Origin: Pirellula sp.
GTDB taxonomy: Bacteria > Planctomycetota > Planctomycetia > Pirellulales > Pirellulaceae
Reading direction: 5' to 3'
NCBI GenBank assembly: GCA_021300015.1
Contig: JAJTFB010000020.1
Span: 17,552-57,551 of the forward strand
DNA length: 40,000 bases
Within the stretch, counting starts at the first letter, position 1. Every line of letters starts with the position of its first letter. Below, piece by piece: positions 7,451-15,826 of this stretch. The position numbers and the translations under genes were made by a program. The notes beneath the pieces were generated by a model. That model saw only the letters and a program-made list of their open reading frames with translations. It did no database searches and had not been told where the DNA came from.

Positions 7451-10400
7451 CGATTCACTTCTTGCCGCTGTGGATTGCTTGGAAGGCCGCCTTGGCCCTC
7501 GGGTGAGAGTTTGAGATTTTGAGGGGACCGAGCGTTTGGGTCCATACCATTTTGTGGACGAAGCAGATTCTTGAGGGCTTTTTCCAACGCGATGGTGCTA
7601 GTGCCCCCGACGGCCAGGACCTCGACGGCTTCGTTCCGTTTGGCCTTCAGATCGAGCTCTTGGACCATATCGCAGACCAATTTCAGCAGATCTTCTCCCT
7701 TGGCACTGACGATGATCGTGTTGGTGATCGCGTCGACCCCCAAACTGAGCTTCCCTGAGAAATCGTAATTCATCCCTCCTTCGGAGATGGAGTCCTCGGA
7801 TTGATGCTTGGACTCTTTGCCCGCCCCGGCTTGACCTGGCTCCTTTTGGCCGCGGGCCAAGGCCTTGTCGTTGGAGCTCAAGAGGTCTCGGAATGCGTCC
7901 TTGATCGCGTCGGCGACGTTCTGAGCCTTCGAGTACTCGACCTTGACGGTCTTGGTGTATCGCAGGTTCTGCTTGTCTTGCTTCTCGGGTTTATCCCAAA
8001 GATCGACAAGCCTCTGAATGGTCTTCAATTGGGAAGGACTCGCACCGCTGATCAATAGCGTATTGGAGTCCGAGTCGCTCATCAGCTTGAGCTTGCGCTT
8101 CTTGCCGAGTTGGGGCCCATCGTCGTCCCGCTTGCTCGACTCCATGCCGAAAAGGAAGCCGAGCAATACGTCTCCATCGTTTTTCTTGTTCGAATCGTCC
8201 TTGAAGTACTCTTCGAGGTTGAGTTTGATCCAATAAGCTCTCGCGTGACGGATCTGAAAAACGTCGTATTCTTTTTCGGGGGGAGTATTGCTGATCATCC
8301 ACTCTTCGAGCTGATCGAGCGCCTTGGTGTCGTCGGACTCCAACACCAAATTGCCTTGTTCGTCGAACCGGATCTTAACGGAGCTTTTGCCAGTCGCATC
8401 ACTTTTGCCAGGAGCACCGGTTTTGCCAGGAGCACTGCCATTGCCAGGAACATCGCTGTTGCCTGTTTGTTGAGCGGTTTCGGTCGCGACAAACACGTTG
8501 GTGCGGGTCGCATCGTGCGACTTGCCTTTGGGCTCGCTTGCCCCGATCTGGATCAGCTCGGGTGCTTTTGGAACGGGTTTGTCGGAATCGCTGGGTTTTG
8601 CTTTATCGGTCGGCTCGTCGCTCTTGAATTCCGATTCGGCCGGGATTTCCAGCTCGATCCCCTTCTGGTCGAACGTCCGCTTGAGTCGTTCTAGATACTC
8701 GCGCATCTGCTCGCTGCGGTTCCCATCGATGGTTCGGACCCGTTGGTCGCTCCGGGCCTCGGGGGGGAGCTCGCCGAGTTTGAGCAGCAGCTTCTTGATC
8801 TCCTCCGACTCGTACTCATTGGCCCAGAGGATCAGTTGGTTGCTCTCTGCATTGACTCCGATTCGCAACGTATCTTTCGAGGCGTTCTCTTTGTTGCGTT
8901 GGTTGTAGAAGTCATAGGAGAAGTAGTTTCGCCGTTGGTTGTCGTCCTTTTTGTCTTGTTCGACTCCCATAAGCATGCGTATGGTCCCTGCGACCTCGTC
9001 GGCTCGGAGTCGACGCAGGGCGATCACCTCGGCTTGCCTGGCCGAACCGTCGAGCTTCTTGAGCGTCTCTTGGATCGTCAAATGGTCGGCCAGCGAAGCA
9101 TAAGCGATCATCGACTTGTTCTTGTCGTCGGCTTCGAGGCGGGTTGTCGGTTCTAGCACGTTCAATGCCATGAGCGAACTGACAAACTGCTTGGGATCCA
9201 AACTGCTCAAGCGATAGACCTTCATCCGGGTTGTCAACGCTTGGTAGTCTTCGTCTGGATTGGAGACATCGACGCGTGTGATAAACGCAGCGACGATCGC
9301 CATTTTGTCGGGGGGGGCATTGACGATGATGCTGTTGCGGCGGGTATTGGCGATCAGGTAGACCTCAGCGCGACTCGGGGTAGCCGGCTTGGGCGCTCCC
9401 TGGCGGCCTTGCTGTGCTGCGAGCTGTTGTTGCATCATCATCTGCTGTTGTGCCTCCATGTCCTCGGGGCTCATTCGGCCCGGTTGCGGATTGGAGTTCT
9501 TGGCCGGTTCGAGTTTCAGGAATTGCGCGAGCTGTTCTCGGACATCCGTGGCCCGTACATGCTGCAATTCAAACTCGCGAGCCAAGTTGTTCAAAACCTC
9601 ATCGGACTGCTCCTGGCTGATAATCCGATGGATCTCTGCAAGGTTCGCTGCGGTGTCCATCGCTTCGAGCCGATTGGTTTTGCTCAAGGCTCTCATCGAT
9701 CCATTCGCACTGATCAACTGCTTGAGCTCCTCGATAAGGTCTTTGGCGATCAAGGTGTCGAGCTTGTAGGTCGTGCGGACAAAACGATTCGCAGGAAGCG
9801 ATTCTAAATCCTCGGGATCGACCCGAGGAATCAATGAAGCATTGACTTCCTTGGTCTTGACGACTTGCAAAACACCTGGGAACTCCAACATCGTAAAGCC
9901 TCGGGCAAGCAAATGGCGATTGATCATGTCGCGCGTTTCGCTCAATGAGGCTTTTCCTGGCGTTGCGATGCTCAGCAGATCCGAAGGCAACTCCTGCCAA
10001 TCCAGGGCCAAACCCGATACATCGGCCACCCATTGAAGGACATCGGGCCAAGCCTGATCGCGGAACTGGAACTGAATCATTCCCTGCTCGTCTGGCTTGA
10101 TGTCAAAGGCCCGAGGGTTGGGCGCTTGCTTCGGCTCGGTCGGTCGCTTGAGCGTCGAGGTATCCTTGGGCGCACCAGCACCGGGCGCACCACTACCAGG
10201 TGCACCGGCACCGGGTGGACCGCTCCCAGGTGCACCGGCACCGGGCGGACCATTCGGTGGACTCGGTGCGTTGGGATCCCCTTGGCCTGGATTCTGCTCG
10301 TTGGGGTCTTGGCTCCAGCCATAGCCTTTTGCGATGGGCGCACCGTGGACGACCGCCCCAAAATACATCACGTATAGCATCGCAAGCGACATTGCCAACC

Positions 10401-10509
10401 GGCATGCCGGTTGGAGCGCTACGCGCCGACGATCTGTAAAACCTAGAAAGCTCATGTCGACATAAACTCTTTTAAGGAAAACGGGCATTTCGTCCATCTT
10501 GATGTTCAT
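7447..10509 (-). CDS. Large exported protein with a GspD-like N0 segment and at least 5 secretin-N (ring-building) repeats, but no recognisable C-terminal secretin barrel
   Basis: The ORF is 1020 aa with a hydrophobic N-terminus (AMSLAMLYVMYFGAVVHG) and a Gly/Pro tract. An N0-like block runs FQFRDQAWPDVLQWVADVSGLALDW...GVLQVVKTKE. Repeats carrying the secretin-N signature are NSIIVNAPPDKMAIVAAFITRVD, NQLILWANEYESEEIKKLLLKLG, NTLLISGASPSQLKTIQRLVDLWD and NTIIVSAKGEDLLKLVCDMVQELD, plus a weaker one. The exact start is uncertain because there are several in-frame Met codons. Confidence 0.8.
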   Translation of the reverse strand: MNIKMDEMPVFLKRVYVDMSFLGFTDRRRVALQPACRLAMSLAMLYVMYFGAVVHGAPIAKGYGWSQDPNEQNPGQGDPNAPSPPNGPPGAGAPGSGPPGAGAPGSGAPGAGAPKDTSTLKRPTEPKQAPNPRAFDIKPDEQGMIQFQFRDQAWPDVLQWVADVSGLALDWQELPSDLLSIATPGKASLSETRDMINRHLLARGFTMLEFPGVLQVVKTKEVNASLIPRVDPEDLESLPANRFVRTTYKLDTLIAKDLIEELKQLISANGSMRALSKTNRLEAMDTAANLAEIHRIISQEQSDEVLNNLAREFELQHVRATDVREQLAQFLKLEPAKNSNPQPGRMSPEDMEAQQQMMMQQQLAAQQGRQGAPKPATPSRAEVYLIANTRRNSIIVNAPPDKMAIVAAFITRVDVSNPDEDYQALTTRMKVYRLSSLDPKQFVSSLMALNVLEPTTRLEADDKNKSMIAYASLADHLTIQETLKKLDGSARQAEVIALRRLRADEVAGTIRMLMGVEQDKKDDNQRRNYFSYDFYNQRNKENASKDTLRIGVNAESNQLILWANEYESEEIKKLLLKLGELPPEARSDQRVRTIDGNRSEQMREYLERLKRTFDQKGIELEIPAESEFKSDEPTDKAKPSDSDKPVPKAPELIQIGASEPKGKSHDATRTNVFVATETAQQTGNSDVPGNGSAPGKTGAPGKSDATGKSSVKIRFDEQGNLVLESDDTKALDQLEEWMISNTPPEKEYDVFQIRHARAYWIKLNLEEYFKDDSNKKNDGDVLLGFLFGMESSKRDDDGPQLGKKRKLKLMSDSDSNTLLISGASPSQLKTIQRLVDLWDKPEKQDKQNLRYTKTVKVEYSKAQNVADAIKDAFRDLLSSNDKALARGQKEPGQAGAGKESKHQSEDSISEGGMNYDFSGKLSLGVDAITNTIIVSAKGEDLLKLVCDMVQELDLKAKRNEAVEVLAVGGTSTIALEKALKNLLRPQNGMDPNARSPQNLKLSPEGQGGLPSNPQRQEVNR
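10169..10258 (-). repeat. Three imperfect in-frame 30-nt tandem repeats encoding a GAPGSGPPGA-type tract
   Basis: The units are 10169-10198, 10199-10228 and 10229-10258, inside the 1020-aa gene. Confidence 0.8.
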
Positions 10510-10566
10510 CGTGATCGAATTGTGTCAGTATCCATTGCGCTTGGCGCAACGCAAAGGTTCATCTAC

Positions 10567-11265
10567 TTATAAAAACGAAGTGTTGCTGAGAATCCACCAT
10601 CCGAGAATCGCTAGAGCGATGGCCAAGACCAACGTCTGAAGCAAAAGCCCCCTGGTCCCCACGTCCAAATCTGGTGGACCATCCTCCAAATCGATTCCGA
10701 TCGCATCGTTGCTGTACCTTGAATAAGGAGCAGAAGTATTGCCTGCGTTGGTGCTGCTGCCGTTGGTCCCATTGCTGGTCCCATTGCTGGGCCGATCAGG
10801 GTCCCTTGAACCGAGGTCCTGCTTCGAAGCATCGCGCTGCGGAGCATAACCCGCAGGTACTTGCACCGGTTCATGCAAGGCATGGAGTCGCGCGAGAAAT
10901 GCGGCGGTCGGTTCGCTCGAAGGGTTTTTGCTTGTGCCGAGCAGTTCGCGGGCCAAAATCGTGTGGACCGTCGCCAACTCGGCGAGCATTGCGTCGGACC
11001 CGATGCACTTTCGCTCCATCGCAAAGACCCGATCGAGCGACATCCCGCCGTCGAGAAACTCGGAGACTTCGTTCGGCGAACAGGTTTGTTCGATTTGTGC
11101 AAGTTCGCTCTCGAGCGACGCAGGGGGTGTCTGCGATCGGTCGATCCTGCTTGCAAGGCTCTGTGCGGTTTGGCTCTCACGGAATTTGAGCCCAAGTTCC
11201 TCGTGGGCCTTTTGAGGCAGCACGCCATCGCGATACGACAACAAGGTCCGGAGAGTCAATCGCAT
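10567..11265 (-). CDS. Tail-anchored hypothetical protein (N-terminus MRLTLRTLLSYRDG, single C-terminal TM helix)
   Basis: I use the ATG at 11265; the ORF track uses a TTG at 11283. It has a Ser/Asn/Gly-rich linker and a C-terminal hydrophobic helix LLLQTLVLAIALAILGWWIL. It ends 57 nt upstream of the 1020-aa gene on the same strand. I recognise no catalytic motif. Confidence 0.65.
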   Translation of the reverse strand: MRLTLRTLLSYRDGVLPQKAHEELGLKFRESQTAQSLASRIDRSQTPPASLESELAQIEQTCSPNEVSEFLDGGMSLDRVFAMERKCIGSDAMLAELATVHTILARELLGTSKNPSSEPTAAFLARLHALHEPVQVPAGYAPQRDASKQDLGSRDPDRPSNGTSNGTNGSSTNAGNTSAPYSRYSNDAIGIDLEDGPPDLDVGTRGLLLQTLVLAIALAILGWWILSNTSFL

Positions 11266-11405
11266 GCTTTGGCCCAACTCCAAAATGCCTAAAATTCATC
11301 CCTCGATTCGACCCTCGGCGACGAAGCGAGCCAACTTGGAGTCTAATCTTATTTAATCTCAACTTATCCTAGGTCCAAAACTCTCGTTTTTTTGTTAAAA
11401 ATCGG

Positions 11406-12938
11406 TTAGCTAGGTCCGATTTGGCCGCACGAGGCGAAATAAGCTTTCGCCTCGCTGGCGATGAAGAACGAGCCGGTGATGACATAGACCATCGACGGGT
11501 CGTTGGTCTGGCCGCGAAGCTCGGCGGACTGGCCGACGAGCCGCAGGGCGCCGGGCAGATCCTCGCAGGAGAGGATTGTCGCGGCGCGTTGATCGGCCCT
11601 GCGAGCCTTCGAGACAAGCGAATTGGCGATTTCCAGAAGCTTTTCGACCGGCGTGAACCGGGGGTTCGAGCGGAACTGGGTCAGGACGATGCGATCGACC
11701 GAAGCGACCAATCGTTCGAGCATTTCGGGTGCTTTCTTGTCTTTTGCGCAGGCAAATAGGATGGTTTTTGGTCGCGAGGGGAAATAGCTCTCGAGGGCAT
11801 CGACCAGGGCGTCGATCGAAGCCTCGTTGTGCGCGCTGTCGAGGATCCAAGTCGGGTCGAGCCCGAGGACCTCGAGCCGCGCAGGGACCTGCGTCTGGGC
11901 TAGCGATTCTTCGATGGCTCGGTCCTGGAGGTCCCAACCGAGTTGCTTGAGCTTTCGCCAAGCTCTCATGGCGATCGCGGCGTTTTCGGATTGGTGTTTG
12001 CCGAGCATCCTGAGGGTCGCAGGTTGTTCGAAGTTCGTTTGCTTTCCGTCCGGAAGTTCTGGATATTCCGCGTAATCGAGTCTGGCCCGAAGGGAATCCG
12101 GATCGGGGGTCCATCGAGCGTCGAAATCCCGGCCCAATTGCAAAAGCTCGGACCCTTGACGTTGCGCCCGGGCTTGGATCACCTTCGAGGCCTCCGGGGT
12201 TCTGGCTCCGCAGATGACCGGGATGTTGGGCTTGATGATCCCGGCCTTTTCCCCAGCGATTTCGGCAAGGGTGTCCCCCAATTGGAGTTGGTGGTCGTAG
12301 CTGATGCTCGTGATGATGCAAAGCGCCGGCGAGCAGACGTTGGTGCTGTCTAAGCGTCCTCCGAGTCCGACCTCGATGACGTTGACCTGGGTCTTGTGGT
12401 TGCGGAAAGCCAACCAACCGATGGCGTTGGTCAGTTCGAAGAAGGTCGGTTGGCCATGTTGGCTGTCGCTGCAGAGTCGATCGGCCGCTCGGATTTGGTC
12501 GACGATTTCGACAAGTTCTCCAGGCTCGATGGCTTGGGAATCGATGGCGAAACGCTCTTCGAGGTCGACCAGATGTGGGGAGGTAAAAAGGCCGGTTCGC
12601 AGCCCGTTGCGGCGGAAGGCTTCGGCCAACAACCAACAGACGGAGCCTTTTCCCTTGGTCCCTGCGACATGGATCACCGGTGCTGCCAATTGAGGATTTT
12701 CGAGCAACTCCAAAAGATAAGCCATCCTGGCGAGTTGGAAGTTGTTTTGGGTGCAGGCGCGATCGGTCGATTTTTCGAAATTGACTCGGTCGAGCAGGTA
12801 GTGCAGGGTTTCTTGGTAGCGTCGGTCGGATCGTTGCATGTGCGGATTATAGAAACCATGGGGGTTTCGGCGATGCGCCGGCGGTTGTTTTTTCCTTGAT
12901 TCAACGAGCTTGTCGCTGAACCGCAACCGGAATTTCAT
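11406..12938 (-). CDS. folC: Folylpolyglutamate synthase / dihydrofolate synthase (Mur-ligase family)
   Basis: It has the P-loop VIHVAGTKGKGSV and the FTSPHL and DSAHNE blocks. An alternative start is the ATG at 12839 (MQRSDRRYQETLHYLL); the first 33 codons of the long form look like non-conserved basic sequence. Confidence 0.85.
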   Translation of the reverse strand: MKFRLRFSDKLVESRKKQPPAHRRNPHGFYNPHMQRSDRRYQETLHYLLDRVNFEKSTDRACTQNNFQLARMAYLLELLENPQLAAPVIHVAGTKGKGSVCWLLAEAFRRNGLRTGLFTSPHLVDLEERFAIDSQAIEPGELVEIVDQIRAADRLCSDSQHGQPTFFELTNAIGWLAFRNHKTQVNVIEVGLGGRLDSTNVCSPALCIITSISYDHQLQLGDTLAEIAGEKAGIIKPNIPVICGARTPEASKVIQARAQRQGSELLQLGRDFDARWTPDPDSLRARLDYAEYPELPDGKQTNFEQPATLRMLGKHQSENAAIAMRAWRKLKQLGWDLQDRAIEESLAQTQVPARLEVLGLDPTWILDSAHNEASIDALVDALESYFPSRPKTILFACAKDKKAPEMLERLVASVDRIVLTQFRSNPRFTPVEKLLEIANSLVSKARRADQRAATILSCEDLPGALRLVGQSAELRGQTNDPSMVYVITGSFFIASEAKAYFASCGQIGPS

Positions 12939-13024
12939 CGTAGTTCAGCCAATCCCTGGGGTCTGTCTGTTCTTTTCGGCCCCCAGACTACTCGTCCCTT
13001 TGACTTCAACCGTCGATTGATCCC

Positions 13025-13960
13025 ATGGCAACCTCACTGGACCAGGAAAACCGGCCTTTGGCCCACGACAGCGATCCAACCCAAACGATCGTTGAAACCC
13101 GAAATCTAGGCAAAGTCTACCGGGACTTCTGGGGTCGCAAGAAAGTCCAAGCTCTGAAGTCTTTGGACTTGGAAGTCCGCCGGGGCGAAATCTTCGGGCT
13201 CCTGGGCCCCAACGGATCGGGCAAGTCGACGACGATCAAGCTGATGCTCGGTTTGCTCTTCCCGACCCAGGGCAGGGTGTTTGTCTTCGGCAAAGAAGCC
13301 ACCGATGTTTCCAAGAACGAACGGATCGGGTATCTGCCCGAAGAATCCTACCTGTACAAGTTCCTCAACGCCGAAGAGACGCTCGATTTCTACGGCCGAC
13401 TCTTCGACATTCCCGCCGACGTGCGCAGGCAACGCATCGAGAGCCTTATCAAGATGGTCAAGCTTGAGCATGCCCGCCGCCGACAGCTCAAGGAGTACTC
13501 CAAAGGGATGACCCGACGAATCGGTCTGGCTCAAGCCCTGATCAACGAACCGGAGTTCCTGGTGCTCGATGAACCGACGACAGGCCTCGATCCGCTCGGA
13601 ACTCGCGACATGAAGGACTTGATTCTTCGCCTTCGCGACGAAGGGAAAACGATCCTGATGTGCTCGCACCAACTGGCTGACGTCCAAGACGTCTGCGACC
13701 GGGTCGCCATCTTGCACCAAGGAGAGCTCAAGGAGCTCGGTCGCGTCGACAGCCTTCTGAAGATCCAGGACCTTACCGAGATCCACGCTAGCGGCCTGAC
13801 TGACGAAGCGAAGAATCAGATCCGTGAGATCATTGAAAAATCCGGTGGCAAACTCGATCGGATGGACAATCCGACGACCACGATGGAAGACCTGTTCCTC
13901 GAGATCGTCAAAGAGAGCGAGCAACGTCCGGGTCGCCGAGGCGGCCGAGGCGGTAACTAG
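13025..13960 (+). CDS. ABC transporter ATP-binding protein
   Basis: It has Walker [10 protein letters not shown], the signature-like [15 protein letters not shown], Walker [13 protein letters not shown] and the H-loop MCSHQ. Confidence 0.95.
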   Translation: MATSLDQENRPLAHDSDPTQTIVETRNLGKVYRDFWGRKKVQALKSLDLEVRRGEIFGLLGPNGSGKSTTIKLMLGLLFPTQGRVFVFGKEATDVSKNERIGYLPEESYLYKFLNAEETLDFYGRLFDIPADVRRQRIESLIKMVKLEHARRRQLKEYSKGMTRRIGLAQALINEPEFLVLDEPTTGLDPLGTRDMKDLILRLRDEGKTILMCSHQLADVQDVCDRVAILHQGELKELGRVDSLLKIQDLTEIHASGLTDEAKNQIREIIEKSGGKLDRMDNPTTTMEDLFLEIVKESEQRPGRRGGRGGN

Positions 13961-14032
13961 TCCCTACTTCTCATCCCCGTTTGTTGCCTTTGATCCTGTT
14001 GCCTGCGATATCGCTCACGAGACCCTCTCATC

Positions 14033-15826
14033 ATGCGGCTTAATCCCGATCATTTTTGGACCTACAGCGAATGGTTGTTCGAGAAAAACGCCTTGCGCGA
14101 CGGCGCGATTCTCTCGGTGACTCTAGCCCTCCTCGGGTTTATCATCGGATACATCGTCTCGGTGTTCAAGTACGGTCCATCCGAAGGTTTCCTGCGAGTC
14201 TCGCAGATCATCGGCCAGCTCTTTACAGTCGATCTTCCTAAGCTCTCGTTTCGGCGAATCTACGCCATGGCGAAACTGGCCGTCAAGGAATCGATCCGGA
14301 AGAAAATCCTGGTCCTCATCGGGATCTTCATCGTCGCGATGATGTTCGCCGGTTGGTACCTCGATCCGGACGCCGATAGCCCAGCGCGTCTGTACTTGGT
14401 GTTTGTACTCACAGCGACGAACTATCTGGTGATCCTCCTGGGGCTCTTCATCAGTTGCTTTAGCATCCCTGCGGATATCAAGAGCCGCACGATCTACACG
14501 ATCACCACCAAACCGGTCCGCCCCCTAGAACTCTTCCTCGGAAGGGTCCTCGGTTTTACGGCCATCGGTACGTTGGTCCTCGCAACCATGGGACTCTTGA
14601 GCTACGTCTTCGTCGTCCGAGGCCTCGATCACAACCATGAACTCGTCTCGATGGACCCGACGGAAAAGTCCGGGGAGTCCTCCTACAACAACCGACACCG
14701 CCACACCTTCACCCTGAACTCCGAAGGTCGCGGAACGACCAACGAAGTCAAAGGCCACCGGCACATCGTGACCAAGGTCGGTGATAAGGTCGTCATCGGA
14801 AGTCCCATCGATGACCTGACGGCACGGATCCCGATCTATGCAAAAAGTCTCGAATTCACCGGTCGCGACGGTGAGAAAAATGAGGGCTACAACGTCGGAT
14901 ACATGTCCGAGTACCAAAAGTACATCGAAGGCGATTCGCTCTCGCGTGCGGTATGGCGGTTCGAAGGGGTCCAACCCACCCTGTTCCGCGATGTGATCCT
15001 CTACGATTTGACCATCAGCGCGTTCCGCACCTACAAAGGGGATATCGTCACCCCCGTCGGTGGTCTGATCCACTTCCGTAGCACCGACGGCAAAGTCAAA
15101 AGCGAAGACGAACCTTTCAAGGTCAAGGAGTTCCAAGTCGATAGACGCTCGGTCCGCACCAAGCTTAAGGGATTCAAACAAGACGCCACAGGCAAGGACA
15201 TCGCGACCGATCTGGATTTCTTCCAGGACATCGCTCCGAACGGAAGCTTTGAAGTGGTCGTTCGCTGCCAAGACCGAGGACAGTACCTCGGGATGGCCGC
15301 TGCCGATATCTACCTGCGTCCTGCCGACTTGCAGTTCTGGTGGAACTTCGTCAAAGGCTACATCAGCATTTGGTTGCAGATGTTCATCGTGATCTGTTTC
15401 GGGGTCATGTTCTCGACGTTCCTGTCCGGTCCGGTTGCAATCATCGCGACGGTCGCCGCCCTGGTCCTTGGCTTCTTCGGTTTCTTCGTCGATAACTTGG
15501 TCACGACCACCTCCAAAGGAGGCGGTCCGATCGAGTCGCTCATCCGATTGCCTACCCAAATGGGCTCCCAAATCGAAATGGAGCTCGGCAACGAGACGCT
15601 TCAAAACGCCATCGCCTCCGCAGACCGAGGGATCCTCCTGGCCGTCTCGCAATTGAAGAACGCCGTTCCGAATTTTTCCCAACTCGATACGTCCAATTTT
15701 GTGGCCTACGGTTACAATCTGTTCGGAGGGTTGCTCGCTCGGCACCTGACGATCGCCTTTGGCTACTTTGTGTTGACGGCCTTGGTTAGTTACTTCTTCC
15801 TCAAAACGCGGGAGATGGCAGCGTGA
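14033..15826 (+). CDS. ABC-2-type permease-like membrane protein with a ~230-aa extracytoplasmic insert
   Basis: The ORF is 597 aa. The block ADIKSRTIYTITTKPVRPLELFLGRVLG is typical of ABC-2/NosY-like permeases. TM helices sit at both ends. The central soluble insert carries a paired His motif: RHRHTFTL...GHRHIVT. Confidence 0.8.
   Translation: MRLNPDHFWTYSEWLFEKNALRDGAILSVTLALLGFIIGYIVSVFKYGPSEGFLRVSQIIGQLFTVDLPKLSFRRIYAMAKLAVKESIRKKILVLIGIFIVAMMFAGWYLDPDADSPARLYLVFVLTATNYLVILLGLFISCFSIPADIKSRTIYTITTKPVRPLELFLGRVLGFTAIGTLVLATMGLLSYVFVVRGLDHNHELVSMDPTEKSGESSYNNRHRHTFTLNSEGRGTTNEVKGHRHIVTKVGDKVVIGSPIDDLTARIPIYAKSLEFTGRDGEKNEGYNVGYMSEYQKYIEGDSLSRAVWRFEGVQPTLFRDVILYDLTISAFRTYKGDIVTPVGGLIHFRSTDGKVKSEDEPFKVKEFQVDRRSVRTKLKGFKQDATGKDIATDLDFFQDIAPNGSFEVVVRCQDRGQYLGMAAADIYLRPADLQFWWNFVKGYISIWLQMFIVICFGVMFSTFLSGPVAIIATVAALVLGFFGFFVDNLVTTTSKGGGPIESLIRLPTQMGSQIEMELGNETLQNAIASADRGILLAVSQLKNAVPNFSQLDTSNFVAYGYNLFGGLLARHLTIAFGYFVLTALVSYFFLKTREMAA

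Noticed and set aside
7519-10439. Many 60-190-aa ORFs on both strands within the 1020-aa gene (for example 8110-8694 plus, 9241-9807 plus, 9599-10051 minus).
   Set aside because: They are overlapped by a single uninterrupted 1020-codon frame with repeated secretin-N signatures, and they are non-conserved, low-complexity translations.
11410-12636. A 408-aa same-strand alternative frame within folC.
   Set aside because: The translation is extremely Arg/Pro-rich, and the folC frame carries the Mur-ligase P-loop and other blocks.
13106-15745. Antisense ORFs of 272 aa (13106-13924) and 406 aa (14525-15745).
   Set aside because: They lie opposite the ABC ATPase (Walker A/B present) and the permease, and they have no motifs. 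These are typical GC-rich shadows.
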